Shown here in pieces: positions 41,205 through 50,812 of a stretch of DNA of 64,000 nt; the first letter of the stretch is position 1, and each line of letters opens with the position of its first letter. The position numbers and the translations under genes are program-made. The stretch is from Chloroflexota bacterium (GTDB lineage: Bacteria; Chloroflexota; Dehalococcoidia; UBA2979). The stretch spans positions 1 to 64,000 of the forward strand of contig JAQCIU010000016.1 in NCBI GenBank assembly GCA_027593235.1, written 5' to 3'. The notes beneath the pieces are model-generated. The model saw only the letters and a program-made list of their open reading frames with translations, made no database searches and was not told the DNA's origin.

Positions 41205-41824
41205 CCTCGAACCGCCCTGAACCGCCGCCACCATTGCACTCGGACCACCATTCGCGGACGCGCCCAACGCGTCGTCGCGCGCTACCACGGTCGAACCGGC
41301 AACTCGAGCGACGGCGCGCCGCGCTGAGCAAGTGGACGCTGATCTTCGGTGTGCTGGTTGGCGTGTCCGCGATCGGGGCGGCGCTGATGGCACGCGACGA
41401 CGGTCCGGCGCCACTGGAAGCGACGGATCTGGTCGCCCCGAGCAGCGCCGTACCGGTGCAGGTGGCCGAGATCGTCGACGGCGACACCCTGCATGTGGTG
41501 GCGGTGGACGGCACCGAGTTGACGGTGCGCCTGTTCGGCGTCGACACCCCCGAGCGCGGTGAGGCCTGCTACGCAGAGGCGACCGCGCGCCTGGCGGCCC
41601 TGGCCGGCAGCGAAGTGCTGCTGTTGCCCGACGTCCGACTCGAGGATCGCGGGGGCCGGGCGCTGCGTTACGTCTTCACCGCCGAGGGCGCATCGATCGA
41701 CGCCGCGCTGGTGGACGAAGGCCTCGCGGTCGCCTGGCGCGACGACGGAGCGTACCGGGATCAGATTGTCGCGTTGGAAGACACCGCGCGATCAGCGGGC
41801 ACCGGCTGCCTCTGGGGCGGCTAG
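41201..41824 (+). CDS. membrane-anchored thermonuclease (SNase-like)
   Basis: TM helix; IVDGDTL, VRLFGVDTPE, DRGGRALRYV, GLA, GCLW. Confidence 0.9.
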   Translation: MTSNRPEPPPPLHSDHHSRTRPTRRRALPRSNRQLERRRAALSKWTLIFGVLVGVSAIGAALMARDDGPAPLEATDLVAPSSAVPVQVAEIVDGDTLHVVAVDGTELTVRLFGVDTPERGEACYAEATARLAALAGSEVLLLPDVRLEDRGGRALRYVFTAEGASIDAALVDEGLAVAWRDDGAYRDQIVALEDTARSAGTGCLWGG

Positions 41825-42615
41825 CGGCTGTGTGACCCGGGTACCTCGGACGCCGTGAGGCGGAAGATCAGATCGCCGTTGTCCCACTGCAGGAGCTGGT
41901 GCGGCGCCTCCACGTTGATCCAGGCGCTGCGGATCGCGCGACCATTGCGGACGATCACGCGCCATGCCTCGAAGCTGCCGGCGGGGACCTCGATCGTTTC
42001 GCGAGCCGGGGTCTGCACGTTGACGGTCTGCTGTTTCCGTTCGATCGGGTTCATGGAGACGTAGTTGAGATCCAGCTCCTCGTTGAAGTCGAGGCTGCGC
42101 CAGAGCCAGAGCGATGACTCGTTGTCGTAGTAGTTGTCGCGCAGGCGCAGCTCGTTCGTGCGGAGCTTGCCGTTGGAGTCGCGGGTGACCGTGAGCAGAT
42201 CCTCCTCGCCGCCCGTCGCGTAGCTCCAGTCGTAGGAGTCGACATTCGCGAGGCCATCATCACCCTCGTGCTCGGCGGCGCGGATCGCGCCGAAGGGCGC
42301 CAGCGTCGCGGCATCGACCGCGAGGCTGATGAGGTCCGTCGGGGCGTTGCGCCCGTCCTCGGCGAGCCCTTCGAAGCGCTGTTCGAGGATCCAGCGCGTG
42401 CCCTCGAGGCGTGTCGTGAGTTCGCCGTCGCCGACCAGGGTGCCCTCGATGTCCACGAGTTCGTAGGAGTAGTGCTCACCGTCGACGAACGGGACCTGCG
42501 CGACGATCGGCGAGGTCTTTGCGCTGGGCGTGACGGAGCCACAGGCGGCGCCGAGCGTGAGCAGGACCGCGCCGAGCGCGAACAGCGGAATGGTGTGTCG
42601 GTTGATGGCCGCTAT
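41821..42615 (-). CDS. putative lipoprotein (DUF3108-like beta-rich); start non-canonical and uncertain
   Basis: Frame is open upstream of 42456 through signal peptide LFALGAVLLTLGAAC; ETIEVPAGSFEAWRV motif. Confidence 0.7.
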   Translation of the reverse strand: MAAINRHTIPLFALGAVLLTLGAACGSVTPSAKTSPIVAQVPFVDGEHYSYELVDIEGTLVGDGELTTRLEGTRWILEQRFEGLAEDGRNAPTDLISLAVDAATLAPFGAIRAAEHEGDDGLANVDSYDWSYATGGEEDLLTVTRDSNGKLRTNELRLRDNYYDNESSLWLWRSLDFNEELDLNYVSMNPIERKQQTVNVQTPARETIEVPAGSFEAWRVIVRNGRAIRSAWINVEAPHQLLQWDNGDLIFRLTASEVPGSHSR

Positions 42616-43646
42616 CCGCCGGTCATCCCGGCGACGACCTCGCCGATAATCGAGAGCGCCTCGTCGATCTGCGCGGTGGTGACGTCCAGGTGCGTGACCA
42701 TGCGGATGCGGTCGGGCGTCCCCGTGCTGAGCACGCCACGCTCGCGCAGCGCGGCCTGGAGCGCGCGTCCATCGATGCCGCGTGGCTCGAAGAAGACCAT
42801 GTTCGTGCCGACGGAGTCGGGATCGAGGTCAATGCCGGGCAGCGCGGCCAGACCGTCCGCGAGCCGGCGGGCGTTGGCGTGATCCTCGGCCAGCCGCTCG
42901 ACGTGGTTGTCGAGGGCGTACAGCGCGGCAGCGGCGAGCAGACCGGACTGGCGCATGCCGCCACCGACCTGGCGGCGAAGCGGGCGCGCTCGCGCGATGA
43001 AATCGGCGGGGCCGGTGAGCACCGAGCCGACCGGAGCACCGAGGCCCTTCGAGAAGCAGAACGAAATCGTGTCGGCCGAGGCGACGAGGCTGGCGGCATC
43101 CGTCTCCAGCGCAGCGGCGGCATTGAAGATGCGTGCGCCATCCACGTGCACGGCGGCACCGGCGGCGTGAGCGACCTCGGCGATGTCGCGCATCTCCTGT
43201 GCGGGGATGGCGGCGCCGCCGCAGCGGTTCTGGGTGTTCTCCAGGCAGACCACGGTGGTACGTGGCGTGCCGATCCGGATGACCGACGCGACCGCTGCGG
43301 GATCGATGTGGCCGCCGCTGTCGTTGATCACGGCGCGGAGGCTGATGCCGCCGAGGGCCGGCGCACCGACGCCTTCGTAGTGGAGGATATGGGACTCGGA
43401 ACCGACGATCGCCTCGTCGCCGCGCCCGCAGTGGGTGAGCAGCGCGACGAGGTTCGCCATCGTTCCGCTCGGCACGAACATCGCCGCTTCTTTGCCGACG
43501 GCGCGAGCGGCCGCGGCTTCGAGCGCTTTGACACTGGGGTCGTCACCGAGCACGTCGTCGCCGACCTCGGCGCTGGTCATCGCCGCGAGCATCGCGGGGA
43601 CGGGGCGCGTAACGGTGTCAGATCGCAGGTCGATCAGGTTGGGCAT
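42612..43646 (-). CDS. ltaE: low-specificity L-threonine aldolase
   Basis: IDLRSDTVT, VGDDV, PSGTMAN, HVDGARIFNA, CFSKGLGAPVGS. Confidence 0.95.
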   Translation of the reverse strand: MPNLIDLRSDTVTRPVPAMLAAMTSAEVGDDVLGDDPSVKALEAAAARAVGKEAAMFVPSGTMANLVALLTHCGRGDEAIVGSESHILHYEGVGAPALGGISLRAVINDSGGHIDPAAVASVIRIGTPRTTVVCLENTQNRCGGAAIPAQEMRDIAEVAHAAGAAVHVDGARIFNAAAALETDAASLVASADTISFCFSKGLGAPVGSVLTGPADFIARARPLRRQVGGGMRQSGLLAAAALYALDNHVERLAEDHANARRLADGLAALPGIDLDPDSVGTNMVFFEPRGIDGRALQAALRERGVLSTGTPDRIRMVTHLDVTTAQIDEALSIIGEVVAGMTGG

Positions 43647-43733
43647 CGAGGGCTCCGCAGTGGCGAATCGGGACGAGAATCGGAGCGTAGCAGAGAGCGT
43701 TCTCAGAGACTCAAGCAGGACCCACCGGGGCGA

Positions 43734-44180
43734 CTAGACCAGGTCGTCGCGCTCCCAGATGGTCTCCCAGCCCTCGCCGCCGCGGATGGCGCCGACCAGT
43801 TCCGTCTGCTCGAGTTGGAACGCCTCGGTGAAGGCCTCGTTCACCTGCTGCACCGCCGGGACGCCGCCGAGTTCGAAGAATCGCTCCTCAAGACGTTTCC
43901 AGAGGCCGACGTTCTTCAGTACCTGGACGCTCTGGCGCCACTGGAAGACCGTGATCTGCTCGGGGGCAGGCATGCCGGGCCGGGCCTGCTCCAGGTAGCG
44001 GTACCGCTCGCGCCCGGAGGTGACCGGCGGCACGACCTGGATGAAGACCTCGCCACCGTTGTTCTGGCGGGCGTCGACAAGCAGCCGCTGCTCAATGCGA
44101 TCGAAGCGAATGACGAACACGTCAGCGTCGTCGATCACCTCTTGCAGCGCTGCGAGATTGATCTCGTAGTCGGCATCCAT
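43734..44180 (-). CDS. hypothetical protein
   Basis: 148-aa ORF with protein-like composition and GAGGT RBS; no family recognised. Confidence 0.75.
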   Translation of the reverse strand: MDADYEINLAALQEVIDDADVFVIRFDRIEQRLLVDARQNNGGEVFIQVVPPVTSGRERYRYLEQARPGMPAPEQITVFQWRQSVQVLKNVGLWKRLEERFFELGGVPAVQQVNEAFTEAFQLEQTELVGAIRGGEGWETIWERDDLV

Positions 44181-44248
44181 GGCCGTGATCTTACCTCAGG
44201 TGGGGTAGGCAAGCGCCAGTGCTCGCGGTCGGGATTTCAGGATGGACG

Positions 44249-45064
44249 TCAGCGGATCTGGTAGGTCCGTTCGAGAAACGGGATGTTGATCAGGCCAGCC
44301 ATCTGCATCCCGAAGACGATCAGGACCACTCCACCGATGCGGGTGAGCAGCTCGAGCTGTTGCTGGACGGAGTTCCCAATCAACCCGACCGAAGCGCCGA
44401 TGAACGCAAAGACGAGGGTGAAGCCGACGACGAAGGCGAGCGAGTGCGCAATCACCCGTCGCCGAGTACCGGCGGTCTGATCACTGCCGACGACCGCCTC
44501 GCCGGCGATGTTCACGAGGTACGCCGGCACCAGCGGCAGCACGCAGGGCGAGAGGAACGAAACGGTGCCGCCGAAGAAGGCGATCAACGGCCCGAGGCCG
44601 CCGTCGATGTTGTTCGACAGGTCCTCTTCCACGGATGACGTCTGATCGAAGAAGAAACCGAAGCCCTGGAAGTATTGGTTGAGGCGCGCGAACTCGCCCA
44701 GGAACATGAGCGTGCCGACGCCGATGAAGATCGCCCCGCTGACGACCATCAGCTTGCCCATGTGCGGCTGCAGCTTGCGCAATCGCGGCGAGATCCAGCC
44801 GAAGAACCCCGCGAAGGCGATGAACCACATCCCGAGGCCCAGCGAATAGAAGGTGAGCAACAGCGCACCCTGGCCGGCCGTGCCGGAGGTGGCCGCGAGC
44901 GTGAGGACAACGCCGAGGATCGGCCCGATACAGGGCGACCACGCGACGGAGAACGCCGCGCCGAACGCGAATGAGCGGGGATAGCCCTGGCGCACGATGC
45001 CGAAGCGTCGTCCCTCGCGCGGTGGCGCAGTGGGTGGCGCGGTGGGCGGTACGGAGGTTGCCAC
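44249..45064 (-). CDS. ccdA: CcdA/DsbD-beta family transmembrane reductase, circularly permuted
   Basis: WSPCIGPILG and YSLGLG half comes BEFORE the SFLSPCVLPLVPAY and FVVGFTLVF half; GTG start after GAGGGG. Confidence 0.9.
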   Translation of the reverse strand: MATSVPPTAPPTAPPREGRRFGIVRQGYPRSFAFGAAFSVAWSPCIGPILGVVLTLAATSGTAGQGALLLTFYSLGLGMWFIAFAGFFGWISPRLRKLQPHMGKLMVVSGAIFIGVGTLMFLGEFARLNQYFQGFGFFFDQTSSVEEDLSNNIDGGLGPLIAFFGGTVSFLSPCVLPLVPAYLVNIAGEAVVGSDQTAGTRRRVIAHSLAFVVGFTLVFAFIGASVGLIGNSVQQQLELLTRIGGVVLIVFGMQMAGLINIPFLERTYQIR

Positions 45065-45185
45065 GTGCGATCCCCTCAGCGATCGGCGGTGGGAGCACCG
45101 ACGGATTCGCTCTTGAGATTGTCGGGCGAACTGGGATCGATGCGCGTGAGGAGGGTCACCGAGGTGGCCGCGAATCCTCGAGGGC

Positions 45186-45383
45186 TCACGCCTCGACGCC
45201 GAGCAGGGCGCGCCGCGCCGCGTCGTAGCGCTCCTTGCTGCGCTCTTCGCGACCGAGCAGCCCCTTGATCTGATCTGGGGGGATCCGCTCGCCATCGAGG
45301 AGCAGCGCGTGCAGCCGTTCGAGCTGCTGCTGCCAGCGCTCGAGGGCCTCGCGGTACTCCTGCTTCTGCTCGTCGGTTGCCAT
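45186..45383 (-). CDS. small helical hypothetical protein (65 aa)
   Basis: MATDEQKQEYREALERWQQQLE...; helical-hairpin-like composition; upstream of ccdA on the same strand. Confidence 0.7.
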   Translation of the reverse strand: MATDEQKQEYREALERWQQQLERLHALLLDGERIPPDQIKGLLGREERSKERYDAARRALLGVEA

Positions 45384-45596
45384 GAAGCGAGTCTAGCAAC
45401 GTGCGGAGTCGGGATCGCGCGCGGTTCGCGTGCGGATCACGTCGGACGGCATCACGTTCGTGGGGTGTTGATGCCTACTTCGGTCTTGTGGATATCACAC
45501 CCCCTTTGCTTGGATAACCTGATAAAGTGTCGCCTCGTGGCCAAGGAATAGGCCGAGTTCCCGGCATGGAGTGCCAGGCGGGGAAAGGGAACTCAG

Positions 45597-45845
45597 ATGA
45601 CGAGCCCAGCACTTGATCGCTTTGTTGGTCGACCGCCGGTCATCGGACCGTCGCTTCCGGACTTCCACGACAGTCCGCCGTTTCCGGTCACGATCAGCCG
45701 GATGCCTGAGAACGAACGACGACTGCCGGACCCGAAGCTGATGGCAGTGGCGGGTGTCCAGTGGGAGCACGTCGCAGCAGGCGCGCTCGCCGGCTTCGGC
45801 GCCGGCTTCGCGTGGGCGCTCGCCCTCGTGGTGCTCGCGCCCTAG
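45597..45845 (+). CDS. small membrane protein (82 aa)
   Basis: AAGGGA RBS; Pro-rich N-terminus and C-terminal TM helix. Confidence 0.55.
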   Translation: MTSPALDRFVGRPPVIGPSLPDFHDSPPFPVTISRMPENERRLPDPKLMAVAGVQWEHVAAGALAGFGAGFAWALALVVLAP

Positions 45846-45923
45846 TCCCAAGCGGAAGTCCAACGCGGGCCGCGATCGCGGCCCGCGCGCAGCACTCAAC
45901 GATCGAACACGGCGGCAGATCAG

Positions 45924-45949
45924 CACGGGCTCCCCGCGGGGAGCCCGTG
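45924..45949. terminator. hairpin between the tRNA 3' end and the convergent small ORF
   Basis: CACGGGCTCCCC-gc-GGGGAGCCCGTG perfect inverted repeat. Confidence 0.6.
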
Positions 45950-45963
45950 TGTTCGAGTGCGGG

Positions 45964-46040
45964 TGGTAGCGCATACGGGATTCGAACCCGTGATCTCCGC
46001 CTTGAGAGGGCGGTGTCCTAGGCCGCTAGACGAATGCGCC
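45964..46040 (-). tRNA. tRNA-Glu (anticodon CTC)
   Basis: GGCGCAT/ATGCGCT acceptor stem, CCGCC-ctCTCaa-GGCGG anticodon arm, GGTTCGAATCC T-arm, encoded CCA. Confidence 0.97.
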
Positions 46041-46172
46041 GCCGAACAAGACGGCGTTGATCCTAGCGGACAGCGCGGGTGGCGCAAGTCGGGTATTGCC
46101 CGGTCCGGCGCTGGGCTAGGATGCGCCCATCCAACGACAGGCCAGCGAGCGACAACGACGGAGGGCGGCGCC

Positions 46173-47132
46173 ATGGATCTCGGGATCATGATCGAGGGTC
46201 AGGAAGACCTGAACTGGGATCTCTGGCGCCGGATCATCCGGGCGACCGAGGACTCCGGGTTCGAGTCGCTGTGGCGCTCCGATCACTTCTTCTCGCTCTC
46301 CGGACCGACCGATCGTGACGCCCTGGAGACGTTCATCTCCTTCGTGCTGGTCGCCGAGGAATCCAGCCGGATCCGCTTCGGTCCCCTCGTCAGCTCGATG
46401 ACATTCCGTCACCCCTCCTTGCTGGCGCGGATGGCGGCACAGATCGATGTGCTCAGCGGCGGCCGCTTCATCCTGGGGATGGGCGCCGGCTGGAACGTCC
46501 CGGAGCACGAGGCGTTCGGGCTCTCGTTCCCGGCGCTCGGCGAGCGGATGGATCGGCTGGAAGAGTGCGTGCAGGTGGTGCAGGCACTCTGGGCCGATGG
46601 CCCCGCCACGTTCGAGGGCAAGCACTACCAGCTCCGCGAGGCGACCTGTTTCCCGAAGCCGGCGCAGTCACCGCTGCCGCTGCTGATCGGCGGACGCGGT
46701 GAGCGCCGGACGTTGCGGATGGTGGCGCGCTACGCGAACGAGTGGAACGTCGTGGGCGTGGACATCGAGGAGTACCAGCGGCTCGCGGGCGTCCTGGAAC
46801 GGCACTGCGCCGAGGTCGGGCGTGACCCCTCGGAGATTCGCCACACCCAGATGTCGGCCCCGATCGTCGGGCGCAACGACGCCGAGGTGAAGGCGCACTT
46901 CGCGCGGGTGGCGGAGAAGATTCCGGCGCTGGCGCAGGGACCCGTCGACGAGACCCTGGCGGGGATGGCGAAGCGTGGCTGGTTGATCGGATCGCCGGCG
47001 CAGATCGTCGATGAGCTGGGTCGCCGCGAGGAGGCCGGGATCACGCGGACGATGCTGCAGCACCACGCGAACGACGACTTCGGCACGGTGGAACTGATCG
47101 CCTCGGAGATCCTGCCGCAGGTACAGCGGTAG
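46173..47132 (+). CDS. LLM-class (probably F420-dependent) oxidoreductase
   Basis: WRSDHF, FRHPSLLARMA, LSGGRFILGMGAGW, PLLIGGRGE. Confidence 0.92.
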   Translation: MDLGIMIEGQEDLNWDLWRRIIRATEDSGFESLWRSDHFFSLSGPTDRDALETFISFVLVAEESSRIRFGPLVSSMTFRHPSLLARMAAQIDVLSGGRFILGMGAGWNVPEHEAFGLSFPALGERMDRLEECVQVVQALWADGPATFEGKHYQLREATCFPKPAQSPLPLLIGGRGERRTLRMVARYANEWNVVGVDIEEYQRLAGVLERHCAEVGRDPSEIRHTQMSAPIVGRNDAEVKAHFARVAEKIPALAQGPVDETLAGMAKRGWLIGSPAQIVDELGRREEAGITRTMLQHHANDDFGTVELIASEILPQVQR

Positions 47133-47157
47133 TAGCCATAACGCCGAACGCGTCGGC

Positions 47158-47586
47158 TCAACCGGCGGCGTCTCGCGCGAGCAGCTTGCCGATCGTCCGC
47201 ACGTGCGTCCGCAGATGGGCGAGGTTGCGTCCGAGCGCGCGCTCCGTGTCCTCGGCGCCATCCAGTGCGCCGCGCACCGCCTCGTGCACTGCGTCCCAGG
47301 CCGTGAGCACTTGCTCGAGGTCGGTCGTCGGATCGGTGCCGACGCCTGAGCGGCGCGGGCGTCCGTTGTTGGCCATCCCGATCGGGCTGTAGGCGAAATC
47401 ATCGAGGTAGCTCCGCGCCAGGTGCAGCTGTTCGGCATAGAGCAGGTGGCGCACGTTCTCGACGATCGACCACTCCTCGGGTGTCGGTCTCGTCGCAAGC
47501 GACTCGCGTGGCCGCGCCCGGAGATCGGCGTAAAGCCCACTTCTGAGCTGGTCAATCCGGGCGAGGAGTTCCGTGGACTGACTCAT
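47158..47586 (-). CDS. DinB-family protein
   Basis: WSIVENVRHLLYAE and HLRTH metal-ligand pattern. Confidence 0.8.
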   Translation of the reverse strand: MSQSTELLARIDQLRSGLYADLRARPRESLATRPTPEEWSIVENVRHLLYAEQLHLARSYLDDFAYSPIGMANNGRPRRSGVGTDPTTDLEQVLTAWDAVHEAVRGALDGAEDTERALGRNLAHLRTHVRTIGKLLARDAAG

Positions 47587-47645
47587 CGCGCCTCCCCCTG
47601 CCGATGGTGCCGTGCTCCGGCGTCGACCAGCCTCCGAGGACGGCG

Positions 47646-48404
47646 CTACCCCGGGTACTGCAACCGCAGCCGAGTGTCCCGCCCAAAGATCGGATCGAAG
47701 GAGATGCCGGCCCGCGCGTAGACACCCGGCGGGATGCCGAGGTCGGCGAGCCACAGCTCCCCGGCGTTCTGTTCCGTAAGGCCAACCTTCGGCAGCGCGA
47801 GCGTGAGCGTGCGGGTAGGGCGGACCGCGACGCCAGGCGCTTCCCCGCTGCTGGCATCGATGCCGGACGGCACATCGAGGGAGAGCACCGGCACGCCAAT
47901 CGCGTTGCTGGCGCGAATCAACGCCATCTGGCGCGCGCGCGGGGCGCCATCGAGGCTGTAGCCGATCACGGCATCGATGATCAGATCGGCCTCGGCGGCG
48001 TCGAACGCCTCGTCCCAGGTGAGGACGCGGGCCGGTGCCTCGGCGAGCGCAAGGAGCTGCTGGCCGAGGGCTCCATCGGCGGCCGCGGGGCGGGTAATCG
48101 TGACGACGGTGACGTTGATGCCGCGGTTCGCGAGGTGGCGCGCGGCGCAGACACCGCCGGCGCCGTTGCCGCCGGTCCCCGCGAGCACCAGCACGCGGGC
48201 GTCACGCCAGCGGTCACCGAGCATCTCGAGGGCGGTCAGCGCGAGTTCGATGCCGGCGTGTTCCATCATCTGGAGCAACGTCGGGCCGGATTGTTCGATC
48301 GCAATCCGATCGACCTCGGCCATCTCGACACCAGTGATCGCGGGCACCGAGCGCCCGTCGGACGTGAGGAAGAGGCGCCGCTGGATCCGGTTGGTCGTGG
48401 TCAC
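47646..48404 (-). CDS. nnrE: NAD(P)H-hydrate epimerase (stand-alone YjeF_N)
   Basis: MMEHAG, GTGGNGAGG, IIDAVIGYSL, SLDVPSG, TLTLALPK. Confidence 0.9.
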   Translation of the reverse strand: MTTTNRIQRRLFLTSDGRSVPAITGVEMAEVDRIAIEQSGPTLLQMMEHAGIELALTALEMLGDRWRDARVLVLAGTGGNGAGGVCAARHLANRGINVTVVTITRPAAADGALGQQLLALAEAPARVLTWDEAFDAAEADLIIDAVIGYSLDGAPRARQMALIRASNAIGVPVLSLDVPSGIDASSGEAPGVAVRPTRTLTLALPKVGLTEQNAGELWLADLGIPPGVYARAGISFDPIFGRDTRLRLQYPG

Positions 48405-48496
48405 GCTTCGCCTGTCTGGTTCGTGTCCCAGTCTAGCGGCTGGCCCGAGGAGGGTGGGAGGCGGTCTGCCGCCGCCTGTGCCAAGATGCCGCCTTC

Positions 48497-49789
48497 ATGA
48501 GCGACGGCCCGCCCGATCCCGAGGACGATCAATCGCCCGACCAGACCGTGGGCGGGGACGATGAACGCTGGGGCGACGCGACGGCGTGGTCGCCCTTTCG
48601 CCTGGCCGGATTCCGCTACCTCTGGGGTGGTGCGCTCTCCTGGGTGATGACCCGCGAGCTGCGGATCCTCGTCACCAGCTACTGGCTGTTCGAGACGACA
48701 GGCGAGGCCTCGCAACTGGCGCTGATCGGCGCGGTGCAACTGGTCGTCCAGATTCCCGCGTTGCTCTGGAGCGGGACGCTGGCCGATCGCGTGGACCGGC
48801 GACGGATGCTCGTCGTGACCCAGGCGGTCTCTGTCGCGCTGATGCTCGTGATGGGGATCCTCGATCTCGGCGGCCAGCTCCAGCCGTGGCACGTCTACCT
48901 CGCGATCGCGGCGATGGCCTCGACGAACGTCATGGGGAGTCCGGCCCAGGCGGCGCTGTTGCCCTCGGTGGTTCCCGATCGCTGGCTGGTGCAGGGCGTG
49001 GTGGCGCAGACCATCACCCAGCAGGCGACGGCGGTGGTAGCGCCGCTGTTGTTCGCGCTCGTAGCTGGCCTGATGAACGTGACGGCGACGTTCTTCCTCA
49101 CCGCGGCGATCGCGGTGCCCTCGTTGGTCCTGCCGCTGATGATCCGGATCCGCTTCCAGCCACCGCTGGTCCGTGAGGCCGGCTCAACCGCGCAGCGCAC
49201 GTGGGAAGGCTTCCGCTTCGTGCGCGGGCACCGGCTGCTGCCGGGGCTCTACATCCTCGATGGCGGGATCACGGTCTTCAGCTTCTACCGCCAACTCTTC
49301 CCGCTATTCGCGAGGGAGCTGTACGGCGGCGGCGCGACAGCGACCGGTCTGCTCACCGCGGCGAACTCGGTCGGCGGGATCTTCGGGACGCTGCTGGTGC
49401 TGTTCCTCCGCAACTACCGGGCGAAGGGAATGCTGGTCCTCTACTCGACCATCGTCTACGCGCTGCTGCTGTTCCCACTCGCCGTGGTCGGTCAGCTCTG
49501 GGTCGGAATGATCCTGATCGGCGGGCTGGGCGCGATGGACGGCATCAGCGTCGCGATGCGGCAGTCGATCGTGCAGCTCACGACGCCGGATCAGATGCGT
49601 GGCCGCGCGATGGCGTTGCAGACGTTGGCCGCCCAGACGGCCAATAACCTCGGAACGCTCGAGGTGGGCTACCTATCGGTGGCGGCGGGGCTCTCGTTCA
49701 CGCTCGCATTCGGCGGTGCCGCCGCGCTGGCGTTCACGCTGGGCGCGTGGCGCCTGGTGCCCAGCATCCGGAAGTATCGCTACCCCTAA
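48497..49789 (+). CDS. MFS transporter (EntS/H+ antiporter-like)
   Basis: GTLADRVDRRR motif A; about 12 TM; TPDQMRGR. Confidence 0.92.
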   Translation: MSDGPPDPEDDQSPDQTVGGDDERWGDATAWSPFRLAGFRYLWGGALSWVMTRELRILVTSYWLFETTGEASQLALIGAVQLVVQIPALLWSGTLADRVDRRRMLVVTQAVSVALMLVMGILDLGGQLQPWHVYLAIAAMASTNVMGSPAQAALLPSVVPDRWLVQGVVAQTITQQATAVVAPLLFALVAGLMNVTATFFLTAAIAVPSLVLPLMIRIRFQPPLVREAGSTAQRTWEGFRFVRGHRLLPGLYILDGGITVFSFYRQLFPLFARELYGGGATATGLLTAANSVGGIFGTLLVLFLRNYRAKGMLVLYSTIVYALLLFPLAVVGQLWVGMILIGGLGAMDGISVAMRQSIVQLTTPDQMRGRAMALQTLAAQTANNLGTLEVGYLSVAAGLSFTLAFGGAAALAFTLGAWRLVPSIRKYRYP

Positions 49790-49880
49790 CCAAACGTCCG
49801 AGGGCCGCGCGATCCGAGAGTGCCGGTTGCGCCTCGGACGGGGGCCGGCAGCCGTGCTGCCGACCCAAGAGCTGTGCCGG

Positions 49881-50801
49881 TCAGGCGGCCTTCGAGGACT
49901 CGCCGGCGACGGCGTGGCGGAACCACGCGACGCGGTTGTGCAATGCTTCTTCACCGCCGACGGCGGACAGCAGCATCTTCTCCTCGCGGCGGAGTTCCAG
50001 CGCGCTCTCCGGGAATACCTCGGAGTCGCAGAGGCCATCGCCGATGCCGACGCGGAGCGCCAGCCAGCGTGAGTCTCGGACGGCACGGGCCAGCGTGCTG
50101 CGCCCGCCCTCGTGGTGGTCGCCGACCGCCTCGATGATCTCGGTCGGGAGCTGCCAGGCCTCGGCGATCGTCTGGCCGTACTCCTGGTGGTCGTAGCCGA
50201 AGACGTCGATCTCGATCGAGCGCGCGTCGGAACCCTGGCGAGCCAGCGTCACGACCTTGTGGTACTTCTCCGGCTCGGCCTGCGCCATCGCCATGCGACC
50301 GAGGTCGTGGAGCATGCCGGCAGCGAACCCACCGCTGATGTGCTGACTGCGGAGCGACTGGTCGGTGAGGATCGCGCAGGCGATCAGGTGCTCCCAGAGC
50401 TGGTCGGTGTCGATCCCGGCCAGACGAATGTCTTTGAACGTGGTGCCGACGACGGTTCCGGCGACCAGGCGACGCGTGGCATCGAAGCCGATCCGCATGA
50501 TCGCCTGCCCGGCCTCGGTGACGCGGTTGATCGGCGCCGAGGCGGCCGAGTTTGCGGCCCGCAAAACGGCGGTGGTGAGTGCCGGATCCGCCGAAACGGT
50601 CTCGGCGAGGTCGGCCACCTCAGCGTTGCTGTCTTCAAGGAGCTGGAGTGCTCGCGCGTGCGGCGCCGGAAGGACTGGTAGGGCTGCTGCGTGCATCTTG
50701 GCGACCTCCGAGGTCTTTTCCGAATCATCGGCTCGGAGGCGTCGATCGCCGAGGGCCCATGCAGAAATCAGCGAGAAGTCAGCGCGCGTTTCAGTGGCCA
50801 T
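49881..50801 (-). CDS. HDOD domain signalling protein
   Basis: LPVLP, DPALTTAVLRAANSA, AGMLHDLGR, WQLP...HH. Confidence 0.9.
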   Translation of the reverse strand: MATETRADFSLISAWALGDRRLRADDSEKTSEVAKMHAAALPVLPAPHARALQLLEDSNAEVADLAETVSADPALTTAVLRAANSAASAPINRVTEAGQAIMRIGFDATRRLVAGTVVGTTFKDIRLAGIDTDQLWEHLIACAILTDQSLRSQHISGGFAAGMLHDLGRMAMAQAEPEKYHKVVTLARQGSDARSIEIDVFGYDHQEYGQTIAEAWQLPTEIIEAVGDHHEGGRSTLARAVRDSRWLALRVGIGDGLCDSEVFPESALELRREEKMLLSAVGGEEALHNRVAWFRHAVAGESSKAA

Positions 50802-50812
50802 CCCGCCGGCGC

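Noticed and set aside
45487-45520. DnaA-box-like words (TGTGGATAT, TTGGATAA) suggesting oriC
   Set aside because: Only two imperfect boxes, no AT-rich unwinding element, and no dnaA/dnaN in the window.
45846-46040. tRNA-Glu as the att site of a genomic island
   Set aside because: No integrase, no duplicated tRNA 3' end seen and no compositional break nearby.
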